64,000 nt of DNA from a bacterium (GTDB lineage: Bacteria > UBA8248): positions 2,656,001 to 2,720,000 of the forward strand of contig CBDBZU010000004.1 in the NCBI GenBank assembly GCA_965213625.1, given 5' to 3'. Shown in pieces: positions 19,844-29,207 of this stretch. The position numbers and the translations under genes were made by a program. Every line of letters starts with the position of its first letter. Positions within the stretch are counted from its first letter, which is position 1. Below the pieces are notes generated by a model. The model did not search any database and had not been told where the DNA came from. It saw only the letters and a program-made list of their open reading frames with translations.

Positions 19844-21363
19844 GGGTCTGTTGAAAAACCCGGTGTTGGAAGCGGGCGTTTTGGCGGCTCACGCGGCGGC
19901 GGGGAGGCAGCCCAATCGGCGCGTGAGGGCGCCATGTGCGCGCAGCCGGCGTCTCCGGGCGGCACAGGCCGTCCACAAGGCGAATATACGCGCCGCAAAA
20001 GCGGCGGCCAGCCGCTTGAGGTTCACCGCTATCGCCGTCAGGTAGGACTGGATCCGCATGTTCGCAAGGCCCCGGCGCACCGCCCGCCCCAGTCCGTGCC
20101 GGCTCTTCGCCTCGCCGTGGTAGCCCTCCGAGCGCCAACGGTGGCGGCCATAGAGACGCTTCTCCTCCTCCCCCCAGCGCGCATGCCACCGACGCGCGCG
20201 CAACAGCGCCGGATACGCGTGCGGAATCAACACCGTCCTGCTCGTGCGCGACTTCGACAGACAATCGGGCCTGAGCGCGCAGCCCGCGCAATCCCGCGTC
20301 TTCGATACATAGGAGCGCCCCCGCTCCGTCGCCTGCCGGGGGCGCAGCGTCTTGCCTCCCGGACACTTCACCACCTCGTTGCGCGCGTCGTAGTGGAACA
20401 ACTGCAGCGGAACACGGCTCTGGCTGGGTTCCTTCTTCGCTGGTATCAGCGCTTCCACGCCCCGCCGCTCCAATTCGCCGTAAACCTTCGAGTACGCGTA
20501 CCCCGAATCCGCCGTCACCATCTCCGGCGTGCGGCCCGACAACTCGCTTACCGCCTCTATATGGGACGCCATCATCTCACGCTCGTTCCGCGTCCCCTCC
20601 GTCACCGACACGTCGAGAACAACACCCCGCTCATCGTCCACCGCCGCGTGCTGCTTGTAGCTCGGCTCGAACCCCGCCCGCGCGCTCTTGCGCGCAAGCC
20701 GCGCGTCCGGGTCCGTCCGGCTCACCGGACCCCCGCCACCGCGGCCTCCTCCCTTCTTCCCGACCTCATCATCGACGGGATTCTCCTGAATCACCTTCTC
20801 CGCGTGGTGCGCCGCCAGGCTCTCCCAGCTCACGTCCGCGCGTATCAACGAGGCGTCCACGTGCACCACTTCCCCCTTCGCCACATTCGCCTCCAGGCAA
20901 GCCTGCACCGTGCGACGGAATATCTCCTTGAACCGTGCCTCCCCCCAGCGCTGACGTATCCGCGTCAGGCTCGAATGATGCGGCAACTCCTCGTGCAGCC
21001 CGTACCCGATGAACCACCGGATCGCCAGGTGCGCACGCGCCTCGCGAAGCAGGCGACGGTCGTGAACGTAGCCCAGCAACATACCCGCCAGCATCAAGCG
21101 GAGCGCCACCTCCGGGTCGATCCCCGGACGACCGTTATCCGCGCAATAGCAATCCGCCACCTCCTCCCGTAGCCAGCTCAAATCCAGTACGTGGTCCACG
21201 CGCATCAGGACGTGATCCTCGGGGATCAGCCGTTCCAGCGAACCGGCCACGAACAAATCCATCTGCTCGCGCCTCTTGCTGCCTATCATCGAGGGAACTC
21301 CCATCTCGGGCGAGATAGTGTCATTACACCCAATCACAATGCCGGGGCTTTTTCAACAGCCCC
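19844..21363 (-). mobile_element. IS1182-family insertion sequence
   Basis: Terminal IRs GGG(T/G)CTGTTGAAAAA at both ends; CTCAA direct repeat at 19839-19843 and 21364-21368. Confidence 0.85.
19889..21289 (-). CDS. IS1182-family DDE transposase
   Basis: LIPEDH, GRPGIDP, PHHSSLTRIR (DUF772), VDAS, ADSGY, RWRSEG, RRGL. Confidence 0.9.
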   Translation of the reverse strand: MIGSKRREQMDLFVAGSLERLIPEDHVLMRVDHVLDLSWLREEVADCYCADNGRPGIDPEVALRLMLAGMLLGYVHDRRLLREARAHLAIRWFIGYGLHEELPHHSSLTRIRQRWGEARFKEIFRRTVQACLEANVAKGEVVHVDASLIRADVSWESLAAHHAEKVIQENPVDDEVGKKGGGRGGGGPVSRTDPDARLARKSARAGFEPSYKQHAAVDDERGVVLDVSVTEGTRNEREMMASHIEAVSELSGRTPEMVTADSGYAYSKVYGELERRGVEALIPAKKEPSQSRVPLQLFHYDARNEVVKCPGGKTLRPRQATERGRSYVSKTRDCAGCALRPDCLSKSRTSRTVLIPHAYPALLRARRWHARWGEEEKRLYGRHRWRSEGYHGEAKSRHGLGRAVRRGLANMRIQSYLTAIAVNLKRLAAAFAARIFALWTACAARRRRLRAHGALTRRLGCLPAAA

Positions 21364-21439
21364 CTCAAGGGGGGAGTGGTTGTTGGGGGCTCTGCAAGGG
21401 GAGAACGGTTTAGCGCGATCCGTAAGGGCTTTTTCTTGC

Positions 21440-21626
21440 CCCCCTGACAAGGGGGGGGGTAGGGGGGGTTGGTTTTCAAGGCAGGGGGAGGACGAGCGGG
21501 GCGGCTTTTTCAACAACCCCTCCTCGGGGTTGTCCCACAGTTCGCGAACCTCGGACAGGCCTCCGTGCCTGTCCGAGGTTTCCGCGTCTGTTTTGACGAA
21601 GGACAACCACGGAGGGATGTCCCTAC
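21440..21626. repeat. Cluster of GC-rich REP-like hairpins
   Basis: CCCCC-TGACAA-GGGGG, ACAACCCC..GGGGTTGT, CCTCGGACAGGC..GCCTGTCCGAGG, and a minus-strand GTAGGGACA..TGTCC. Confidence 0.55.
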
Positions 21627-21714
21627 AAAACCGTCGCGCCCCCACGAGGGCTCCCTCCCCACCGTTGCGTGAAAGGCTGTATGACGCGCGTCGACGTTGC
21701 AAAGGGGTTAGCGA

Positions 21715-22809
21715 TCAGGCGCTTCTGTCGTATTCCCTGAGCCTGAGTTTCTCGTGGCGCGCCATTGCGCAGCCGATGAGCCGATCCAGCATTTCGGGGT
21801 AGGAGACGCCCGCCGCCTGGATCATCCGGGGGTATCCGCTCAACTGCGTGAAGCCGGGCAGGGTGTTTACCTCGTTGATGTAGGTTTCCCCCGTCCGTTC
21901 GCGGTAGAAGAAATCCACGCGGGCGAGTCCCGAACAGCCGAGTGCGCTGAACGCGCCCCGCGCGTAGTGGCGGGCGTGATCGGCGAGGGATTCCTCCACC
22001 GGAGCCGGGATAATCAATTCAGCGCGGCCTTCCTCGTATTTCGCCTCGTAGTCGTACCAGCCCGTATGCGTCGTAATCTCCATGAGCGGACTGGCGAGGA
22101 ATTCTCCGAGTGAAGGGCCTTCGAGTACGGAACACTCCAGTTCGCGTCCCTGCGCGTGCTCTTCTATCAAAACCTTGCTGTCGAAGCGGAAGGCGTCTGC
22201 GACCGCGTCGTGAAGATCGTCAGGACTCTCCACCAGGTGGACGCCGACGCTGCTGCCTGAGGATGAGGGTTTGACGAACAGGGGATACCCTATTTTGGCG
22301 GCGGCTTCTTCAGAAACGGCGTCGCGGTCCGCACCCCAAGTTTCGGGAAACAGCGTGAGCGACGGCAGAACGGGCAGTCCTGCCGCGCGCAGCACCGCCT
22401 TGGCGACGGTCTTGTCCATCGTGACGGCGGAGGAAGCGCACCCCGAACCCACGAAGGGGACTTCCGCCAGTTCGAACAGTCCCTGCAGCGTGCCGTCTTC
22501 CCCGAATGTGCCGTGAATGATGGGGAAGAATACGTCGATATCGAGAGGCTCATCCCTTCCGGCGTACCTGAGCGGCCGCCCGTTCGGCGTGCCCGAGAAG
22601 AGAACCTCTTCGCCGTCATCAGGCGGCGCATCCGGGGCGGGGAGGGCGATCCAGGCGCCCGATTTCGTGATCAGGAGGGGATGGACGTCGTATTTCTCTG
22701 TGTCGAGTTCCGCCATGATGGCCCGGCCCGAGTTCCGGCTCACCTCGTGCTCGGTCGAGCGGCCGCCGAACACGACGCCGACGCTTGTCTTTTGGGACGG
22801 TGACGCCAT
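21715..22809 (-). CDS. ddl: D-alanine--D-alanine ligase
   Basis: FGGRSTEHEVS, HGTFGEDG, FVKP..GSSVG, YDYEAKY, NEVNTLPGFT. Confidence 0.95.
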   Translation of the reverse strand: MASPSQKTSVGVVFGGRSTEHEVSRNSGRAIMAELDTEKYDVHPLLITKSGAWIALPAPDAPPDDGEEVLFSGTPNGRPLRYAGRDEPLDIDVFFPIIHGTFGEDGTLQGLFELAEVPFVGSGCASSAVTMDKTVAKAVLRAAGLPVLPSLTLFPETWGADRDAVSEEAAAKIGYPLFVKPSSSGSSVGVHLVESPDDLHDAVADAFRFDSKVLIEEHAQGRELECSVLEGPSLGEFLASPLMEITTHTGWYDYEAKYEEGRAELIIPAPVEESLADHARHYARGAFSALGCSGLARVDFFYRERTGETYINEVNTLPGFTQLSGYPRMIQAAGVSYPEMLDRLIGCAMARHEKLRLREYDRSA

Positions 22810-22862
22810 TTTCGGCGAATCCTTCCTCGGTGCGTGCGAAGCGTTTCAGGTGGGCGTGGGAG

Positions 22863-23429
22863 TTAACGTATCAGTTTCGAGAGGAATTTGAAATCCTCGG
22901 TGCCCGCCACGCGGAGCAATTCGAAGAGCGCCTGCTCGGTCGTGGCGGGAATGGCGCCTGCGCGCTCCAGCGCCGATAGGCCCGTCCGCCAGTTCAGCTT
23001 CGAGCGCGAGCAGGTGGCGTCGGCCACCGCGTGGACGATGAAGCCGTTATCCAGCAGGTCGAGCGCCGTCTGGTAGCAGCACACGTGCGTCTCTGCACCC
23101 GTGAGCAGTATCTTCGTCCTGCCCGTCTCGTGCAGGCGGGGCAGGAACGTCTCCTCCGCGCAGCAGCTGAACGCGATTTTCTCGATGGGAGTAAACCCGG
23201 GTACCTTCTCCGCCACCGCTTCGACGGTGGGGCCTAGTCCCTTGGGGTATTGTTCGGTGACGAGTACCGGGAAACCGAGGCGCGTCGCCGTCTCCGCCAG
23301 CGTCAATATGCGGTCGACGACTTGGGCGCGCACGTCTTCCTGCATGACGGACATGAGCCGCTCCTGCGCGTCGACGATGAGCAGGAGGCAGTCTTCGGGA
23401 TCGAGCCTGAAAGAATCGATGTCCGGCAT
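22863..23429 (-). CDS. Isochorismatase family hydrolase
   Basis: VDAQERL, TEQYPKGLG, K.AFSC, ETHVCCYQT. Confidence 0.9.
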   Translation of the reverse strand: MPDIDSFRLDPEDCLLLIVDAQERLMSVMQEDVRAQVVDRILTLAETATRLGFPVLVTEQYPKGLGPTVEAVAEKVPGFTPIEKIAFSCCAEETFLPRLHETGRTKILLTGAETHVCCYQTALDLLDNGFIVHAVADATCSRSKLNWRTGLSALERAGAIPATTEQALFELLRVAGTEDFKFLSKLIR

Positions 23430-23585
23430 GGGCTCTCCTCGAGCGGGAAGTGAAGAAAAAGGCTATTACAGGGGTCTCACGCGGTCAAGGATTGGCCCCA
23501 AAGCCTTGATTCCCTTATGTGCGTGGGATAGCATCGCGCAGTAAATTTTTCAGGCCATCATGGAAACCAACAAAAGGGGAACAAC

Positions 23586-24575
23586 ATGCCGGATAAGGCG
23601 AAAGTCGTCCTGACCGATTACGTCTGGGAGTCCCTGGACGTGGAGAACGAAATATTGGGAGATCTGGCCGATATCGTCGCCATGCAGACGAAGACGCCAG
23701 CGGAATTTCTCGGGGAAGCCGCCGATTGCGAGGCGGTCTTGAACACCTACGCCGGCCCCATCACGAAAGAGGACATGGCGGGGATGCCGAACTGCAAGAT
23801 AATCGCGCGCTACGGCATCGGCGTGGACACGATTGACTTAGACGCCGCCACGGAGGCGGGCATCATCGTCACGAACAACCCCACCTACTGCATCGAGGAA
23901 GTCGCCGAGCACACCATGGCGCTCTTGCTTACATCGGCCCGTAAGGTGGTCTTCTACGACCGCCAGGTGCGCGCGGGCGAATGGGCGGTGCCCCCGGGCA
24001 AGCCCATGTTCCGCTTGGTGGGCGCCACGCTCGGTCTCGTGGGTTTCGGGAACATCGCCCGGATGGTGGCCGTCCGCGCCGCTTCGTTCGGTATGCGGGT
24101 GCTCTTCAGCGATCCCTTCGTGGAGGAGGGCCAGTTCGATGCGCCGGGCGAGAAGATGGAACTGCCCGAGATGTTCGCGGAGTCCGATTTCGTCTCCATC
24201 CACCCGCCGCTCATCCCCCAGACGCGCGGGATGATGAACGACGAGGTCTTTTCGCAGATGAAGAACACCGCCGTCATTATCAATTGCTCGCGCGGCCCCA
24301 TCATCGATACCGACGCCCTCGTGCGTGCGCTCGATGCAGGCGAAATCGCAGGCTGCGCGCTCGATACCACAGACCCTGAACCACTGCCCGACCCACACCC
24401 CTTAAGGGGCCGCGAGAACGTCATCATCAACCCCCACGCGGCCTGGTACAGCGAGGAGTCCATGGTGGGCTTGCAGCAGGGCGCGCCGGGCGAGGTGCGG
24501 CGCGTGCTTTCGGGCGAGTGGCCCGTGAACGTGGTCAACAGAAAGGTGAAGGACAACAACAGGGCTGGTTTGTAG
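23586..24575 (+). CDS. D-2-hydroxyacid dehydrogenase (CtBP-like subgroup)
   Basis: RYGIGVD, YCIEEVA, GFGNIA, SRG, PHAAWYS. Confidence 0.9.
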   Translation: MPDKAKVVLTDYVWESLDVENEILGDLADIVAMQTKTPAEFLGEAADCEAVLNTYAGPITKEDMAGMPNCKIIARYGIGVDTIDLDAATEAGIIVTNNPTYCIEEVAEHTMALLLTSARKVVFYDRQVRAGEWAVPPGKPMFRLVGATLGLVGFGNIARMVAVRAASFGMRVLFSDPFVEEGQFDAPGEKMELPEMFAESDFVSIHPPLIPQTRGMMNDEVFSQMKNTAVIINCSRGPIIDTDALVRALDAGEIAGCALDTTDPEPLPDPHPLRGRENVIINPHAAWYSEESMVGLQQGAPGEVRRVLSGEWPVNVVNRKVKDNNRAGL

Positions 24576-24747
24576 ATCAATCGCGATTGATGAAAGAGCG
24601 ATTGACGACACCAATGCGGAAGCGATTGCTGCTGACGAGGAATACATCTTTACTGGAATTCTGCTACTCCGGTCGTGTTCTAACAACATGTGCTGGATTG
24701 ACGAGCGAGATATCGGTGTGCACTCGGCATCAGAACCGCATCCGCTC

Positions 24748-24776
24748 TTGACATCGGTTGCTTTCGTCCGTAATAA
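24748..24776 (+). promoter_or_regulatory. Candidate sigma70 promoter of the Rieske/cyt b operon
   Basis: TTGACA-17 nt-TAATAA. Confidence 0.4.
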
Positions 24777-24977
24777 GAATCTTGTGATTGCTTAAATCCC
24801 TGTGGCTTCGGCGTCCGGCGAGGCCATGCGCCGCCCGTGGCGAAACCAAGCGAATCGGTTTCATTTTCCCTCGCTATCGGGGATAATGCATCCGCGTGTC
24901 GCTGGAAGATGGATAGCCTTGGGGATGTGCGAAGTGAATAGGTGGTTCGTGTCTCAGAACAGGAGTGTAGAGTCCGC

Positions 24978-25532
24978 ATGAACACTCGATTAAAAGCCCC
25001 TCCGGTGAAGCTGCCGGCCGATTACGAGGAAGAGGCGAAAGAGAAAAAACCGTTCATCGACCGCAGGCGGTTCATGAACTACACGGGGTGGCTCGGCGTC
25101 CTGGGCGCCATCAACATCGCGCTGCTGGGTTTCTTGCGCTTCATGTTCCCGCGCGTACTGTTCGAACCGCCCACCGAATTCAAGGCGGGGGACCCGGCGG
25201 ACTACGCCGTGGGCGTGGTGGACACCCGCTACGTGAACAGCGAGCGCGTATGGATTATCCGCGAGCAGAATGGTTTTTACGCCCTGAGCGCGATATGTAC
25301 CCATCTGGGATGCACGCCTAAATATCTAGGCTCAGAGGACAAGTTCAAGTGCCCCTGCCACGGGAGCGGATTCCGGAGATCCGGTATCAACTTCGAGGGT
25401 CCGGCGCCGAGGCCGCTCGAGAGGCTCAAGATCGGCCTGGCCGAGGATGGGCAACTGATTATCGACAGGGGCAAGCTGTTTCTCCACGAGAAAGGGCAAT
25501 GGGACGACCCGGGCGCTTTTCTCTTTACTTAA
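24978..25532 (+). CDS. Rieske 2Fe-2S subunit of Rieske/cytochrome b complex
   Basis: Twin-Arg-like DRRRFM plus TM helix, CTHLGC and CPCHGS boxes, GPAPRPL. Confidence 0.93.
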   Translation: MNTRLKAPPVKLPADYEEEAKEKKPFIDRRRFMNYTGWLGVLGAINIALLGFLRFMFPRVLFEPPTEFKAGDPADYAVGVVDTRYVNSERVWIIREQNGFYALSAICTHLGCTPKYLGSEDKFKCPCHGSGFRRSGINFEGPAPRPLERLKIGLAEDGQLIIDRGKLFLHEKGQWDDPGAFLFT

Positions 25533-25575
25533 GAGCTTATATGTTTGTTTGATGCGAGTACGTGGGGGTTTTTAG

Positions 25576-26364
25576 ATGCCGAGTTTGAAAGAACGCATGA
25601 ATCTGGACCAGGTGAAACGCAGCGTGCTCGACTCCCAGGTGTGGAGGTCGATGTTCCGCCACGGGTATGAGGACACGCCGAGAAACCGCGTTCTCATGGT
25701 GGTGGACAACCTCTGGCTGCACTTGCACCCCACGAAAATCAGGCGGCACGCCATTCGCATCCGCTTCACGTGGTGCATGGGCGGGGTGACGTTCCTGCTG
25801 TTCCTCTATCTGGTCGTTACCGGCGTGGTCTTGATGTTCTACTATCGGCCCGTGGGCGAATACGCCTACGCTGACATCAAGTATCTGGAATTCGACGCCC
25901 CCTTCGGCATGTTCATGCGCAACATGCACCGCTGGGCGGCGCATGCGATGGTCATCGCCGTGTGGCTGCACATGCTGCGCGTTTTCATGACGGGCTCCTA
26001 CAAGCCGCCGCGCGAGTTCAACTGGGTCATCGGGGTTTTGCTGTTGACGCTGACTCTTTTGCTCAGTTTCACCGGCTATCTGCTCCCCTGGGATCAGCTC
26101 GCCATCTGGGCGGTGACGGTGGGAACCAACATGGCGCGGGCGACGCCGCTTCTGGGGCACGAGGGCCCGTTCGCCGAAATGGTGGGCGTCACGCCGCGCT
26201 TCGACGCGCGCTCGGCGCTGCTGGGCGGAACCATCGTCGGACCGCCCACGCTTTTGCGTTTCTATGTGCTGCACTGCATCGTCGTTCCGTTGATAGCGGC
26301 GATTCTGATGATGGTGCACTTCTGGAGAATCCGAAAAGACGGGGGTATCTCGGGACCCTTGTAA
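25576..26364 (+). CDS. petB: Cytochrome b6-like N-terminal subunit
   Basis: MHRWAAH...WLHM and LH-(14 aa)-H heme b ligands, [13 protein letters not shown] (heme ci Cys position). Confidence 0.9.
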   Translation: MPSLKERMNLDQVKRSVLDSQVWRSMFRHGYEDTPRNRVLMVVDNLWLHLHPTKIRRHAIRIRFTWCMGGVTFLLFLYLVVTGVVLMFYYRPVGEYAYADIKYLEFDAPFGMFMRNMHRWAAHAMVIAVWLHMLRVFMTGSYKPPREFNWVIGVLLLTLTLLLSFTGYLLPWDQLAIWAVTVGTNMARATPLLGHEGPFAEMVGVTPRFDARSALLGGTIVGPPTLLRFYVLHCIVVPLIAAILMMVHFWRIRKDGGISGPL

Positions 26365-26396
26365 GTTTCGTGGCATAACAGGGAAGGGCGAGTACA

Positions 26397-27176
26397 TTGG
26401 CGAAGGAAGACAAGGTCGTCGGCTCTGCCGATGAGATGGCCAAAACCAGTTGGGAGCGGGTGAACGACAAGGTTCACGTGTGGCCCTACCTCACGCGCCT
26501 GGAATTCATGTGCGCGATCATCATCACCATATTCCTGGTGGTGTGGTCCATCGTGATCGACGCGCCGCTCGAAGAACCCGCGAACCCTTCCGTCACGCCG
26601 AACCCCTCGAAGGCGCCGTGGTATTTCCTGGGCCTTCAGGAGCTGCTCGTCTATTTCGACCCGTGGATGGCGGGCGTCGTGCTGCCCACCCTTATCATCG
26701 TAGGCTTGATGGCCATTCCCTTTATCGATGTGAACCCCAAGGGGAACGGTTATTACACGTTCCACGAACGCAGGTTCGCCATCTTCACCTTCCTGTTCGG
26801 ATTTCTGGTCCTGTGGGTGTGGATGGTGGTGCAGGGAACATTCCTGCGCGGGCCGGGGTGGAACTTCTTCATGCCCTGGGAGTATTGGGACCCGCACAAG
26901 GTCGTGGCGCTCACGAACGTGGATCTGCCCTACATGCTCGGCTTCAGGAGCTACTGGAGCCAGGCGGCGGCGGGCACTGTGATGATTGTGCTCTGGTACG
27001 CCACCATTCCGGCGTACTACATCTGGCGGCGCGAGCGCATGAAGAACGTAGGACTGGTGCGCTATCTCATAAAAGCGTCGCTCAACATGACGATGATGGG
27101 GATAGTGGCGAAAATGGTCCTGCGCATCGGGTTGAACGTCAAATACGTTCTCGTTACGCCCTGGTTCAATATTTAG
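26397..27176 (+). CDS. Cytochrome b subunit IV-like (PetD-like) protein
   Basis: VWP, PLEEPANP..TPNPSKAPWYFLG (PEWY-equivalent APWY), IPFID. Confidence 0.85.
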   Translation: MAKEDKVVGSADEMAKTSWERVNDKVHVWPYLTRLEFMCAIIITIFLVVWSIVIDAPLEEPANPSVTPNPSKAPWYFLGLQELLVYFDPWMAGVVLPTLIIVGLMAIPFIDVNPKGNGYYTFHERRFAIFTFLFGFLVLWVWMVVQGTFLRGPGWNFFMPWEYWDPHKVVALTNVDLPYMLGFRSYWSQAAAGTVMIVLWYATIPAYYIWRRERMKNVGLVRYLIKASLNMTMMGIVAKMVLRIGLNVKYVLVTPWFNI

Positions 27177-27196
27177 GTTTTACTTGAGCGGAGAAG

Positions 27197-27304
27197 ATGG
27201 TTCAGGATAGACAGCGAAAACATCTGTGGTGGGACGCTTGCGGCGTGAAGGTGGCCGCCCTCGCTCTGCTCGTCGTCTCGGGCGTGATTTATCTCTTGGC
27301 GTAG
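27197..27304 (+). CDS. 35-aa single-TM peptide at the end of the Rieske/cyt b operon (not in ORF track)
   Basis: GGAG RBS; MVQDRQRKHLWWDACGVKVAALALLVVSGVIYLLA; lies before the operon terminator. Confidence 0.55.
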   Translation: MVQDRQRKHLWWDACGVKVAALALLVVSGVIYLLA

Positions 27305-27352
27305 GAGATTTAAGGACACGAAACGTTAAAGCTTATTGACTCTGAGATTATG

Positions 27353-27385
27353 AAACCGCTTCCCGGACAGGGAGGCGGTTTTTTT
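27353..27385 (+). terminator. Intrinsic terminator
   Basis: AAACCGCTTCCC/GGGAGGCGG stem followed by T7. Confidence 0.8.
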
Positions 27386-27416
27386 ATCTTCGCGGGTCGT
27401 GCCCTGCCGTCATCGT

Positions 27417-27437
27417 AATGATTGCATTGCAATCATT
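27417..27437. promoter_or_regulatory. Perfect palindrome AATGATTGCA-T-TGCAATCATT, candidate FitAB/VapBC operator
   Basis: 10-bp perfect inverted repeat about 40 nt upstream of the antitoxin start. Confidence 0.7.
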
Positions 27438-27474
27438 TTGTAGTGTAGAATGTAATCCTAAGGAGGGTATGAAT

Positions 27475-27717
27475 ATGGCGAGCATCACGATTCGCAACCT
27501 CGACGACGACGTGAAAACCCGTCTCCGCGTGCGTGCGGCGGAGAACGGCCGTTCGATGGAAGAGGAAGCGCGGCAGATCCTGCGCGAGGCTGTCGGGGGC
27601 AAGCCCGGTTCGCAAAACCTCGCAAGCCTTATCCGCGCCCGGTTCGAGCCCTTGGGTGGTGTGGATCTGGAGTTGCCGCCGCGTGAGCCTGCTCGTGAAC
27701 CGCCCCGGTTCGATTGA
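27475..27717 (+). CDS. FitA-like ribbon-helix-helix antitoxin
   Basis: MASITIRNLDDDVKTRLRVRAAENGRSMEEEARQIL; AGGAGG RBS. Confidence 0.92.
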   Translation: MASITIRNLDDDVKTRLRVRAAENGRSMEEEARQILREAVGGKPGSQNLASLIRARFEPLGGVDLELPPREPAREPPRFD

Positions 27718-27727
27718 GGCGGCAGGT

Positions 27728-28150
27728 ATGATCTTGCTGGACACGAACGTCGTTACCGAACTGATGCGTTCCTCACCCGAGCCAGCCGTAGAAGCATGGA
27801 TTGCGGGACATCCCGTGGAGGAGCTGTTCTTCTCGGCGGTCGGTGAAGCAGAACTGCGCTGCTGTGTTGCCGTCATGCCGATGGATCGACGTCGTGACAG
27901 GCTGGCTTCTGAAATCGAAGGCATGCTTCGCGAGGAATTCGAAGGCCGCGTGTTGCCGTTCGACGGCGCCGCAGCGCGCGCTTATGCGGAAGTCGCTTCA
28001 GTGTGTCGCGCCGCAGGGCGTCCTGTCCCGCTGGCCGATTGTCAGATTGCGGCTATCGCACGCTCAAGAGAGATGGCGGTGGCGACGAGTAATGTCCGGG
28101 ACTTCGAAGATATGGGGATTGACGTCATCGATCCGTGGTCGGGCGCGTAA
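27728..28150 (+). CDS. vapC: VapC/FitB PIN-domain toxin
   Basis: MILLDTNVVTE, ADCQIAAIA, ATSNVRDF, IDPW. Confidence 0.92.
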   Translation: MILLDTNVVTELMRSSPEPAVEAWIAGHPVEELFFSAVGEAELRCCVAVMPMDRRRDRLASEIEGMLREEFEGRVLPFDGAAARAYAEVASVCRAAGRPVPLADCQIAAIARSREMAVATSNVRDFEDMGIDVIDPWSGA

Positions 28151-28173
28151 GGGACTTTCTCTAAGCCATCGCC

Positions 28174-28686
28174 TCACTCCGCACCAGGCCAGGCCATGTC
28201 GTGTGCATGGAGTATCTCGCGGAGCTTCGCGACGTTGATGAGCTCCATCGGTGCGCCTTCGGAGTATTTCTGCACCTCTTCGGTGAAGTATCCCGTCGAT
28301 ACCAGGATTCCCTTCAGGGCCCTTTCGGCGCGCACTGTGTCGGAAAGGCCGATGACCCGTATCGAGTTCACAAAGTCGCCCTCCGGCACGAGTATGCCGT
28401 GGATGATGTAGTCGCCCCCGAGGATGGGCGCCGGGTTGTGCGCGAGGATGTCGATTTCCTCCTCGTTGACCCAGTGAACCTCCACGATGCGCATGTTCAT
28501 GCCTTCTAGCAGTTCGATGAGCATGCGCTCGAACACCTGGGGAGACATCTGGCGCAGGGATTCGATTTCCGAGTCGTTTCTGGTCTGCTCGGCATCCGCT
28601 TCGAGCGCGATGTTCGAGGTCGTTCTCTTGACGAACAAAATGGTAATAAATCCCAGGATGAGCGCAACGAAGATGAGTTCTAGCAT
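28174..28686 (-). CDS. Membrane-anchored Mrr-like restriction endonuclease fold protein
   Basis: N-terminal TM; MSPQVFERMLIELL, EIDILA, KGILVSTGYFT, MELIN. Confidence 0.7.
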   Translation of the reverse strand: MLELIFVALILGFITILFVKRTTSNIALEADAEQTRNDSEIESLRQMSPQVFERMLIELLEGMNMRIVEVHWVNEEEIDILAHNPAPILGGDYIIHGILVPEGDFVNSIRVIGLSDTVRAERALKGILVSTGYFTEEVQKYSEGAPMELINVAKLREILHAHDMAWPGAE

Positions 28687-28800
28687 TTCGGCTTCCAGGA
28701 AATAAGTGAGAGGATAGGCGCGGCGCCGGAAACGATCATCGAGAATTCAGGATCATACGCGGGAGGATTGACGCGAGACAGAGAGTGGAACTCAAGGCGC

Positions 28801-28968
28801 TTATCGGATCATCTCGTCGTATACGTCGTCTTTTTTCCCTTTTTTGATGAGTTTGTCGTGTCTGAGGCCCTGAGCGATGGCCAGCCAGACGAAAAACGCC
28901 ACCAGGGGAATCATGAACGCGATGGGGATGTTGTCGGGCTTTGTCAGAATGAGCAGGAAATTTTCCAT
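28801..28968 (-). CDS. 55-aa membrane peptide with KPDNIPI motif (not in ORF track)
   Basis: AAAGGA RBS; MENFLLILTKPDNIPIAFMIPLVAFFVWLAIAQGLRHDKLIKKGKKDDVYDEMIR. Confidence 0.75.
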   Translation of the reverse strand: MENFLLILTKPDNIPIAFMIPLVAFFVWLAIAQGLRHDKLIKKGKKDDVYDEMIR

Positions 28969-29207
28969 CTCGAATCCTTTGCAGTCGAATAGTCGATTAA
29001 AACAGCGTTGCTATTCTGACGCAAATCCGGCCCGAGGGCAAGAGATTCAGGAGTTTGGCTCCCCCATTTGAGGCTGGCCTTTACGAGATGCCTTGACAAC
29101 CGGCGTGCGGAATGGATATATCTTTGGTATCGATAGTAAGTCGCCGGTTTGTAATGTTCATCCGGCGGGTCGCCCTTTTTGAATAGAGTTTACTGAGAGG
29201 CGCGGTT

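Larger units (their letters stand above)
19688..21381. repeat. Composite palindromic repeat of about 170 bp, interrupted by the IS
   Basis: Left arm AACCACTCCCCCC-TTGA-GGGGGAGTCGA mirrors right arm TCGACTCCCCC-TCAA-[IS]-GGGGGGAGTGGTT; inner arms TCGGTGGGGGG/CCCCCCACCGA. Confidence 0.75.

Noticed and set aside
19748-21172. 474-aa ORF antisense to the transposase
   Set aside because: Shadow ORF of a high-GC gene with no recognisable domain
24780-24977. Structured leader or riboswitch upstream of the Rieske gene
   Set aside because: GC pairings are possible but I recognise no riboswitch consensus; it would need Infernal
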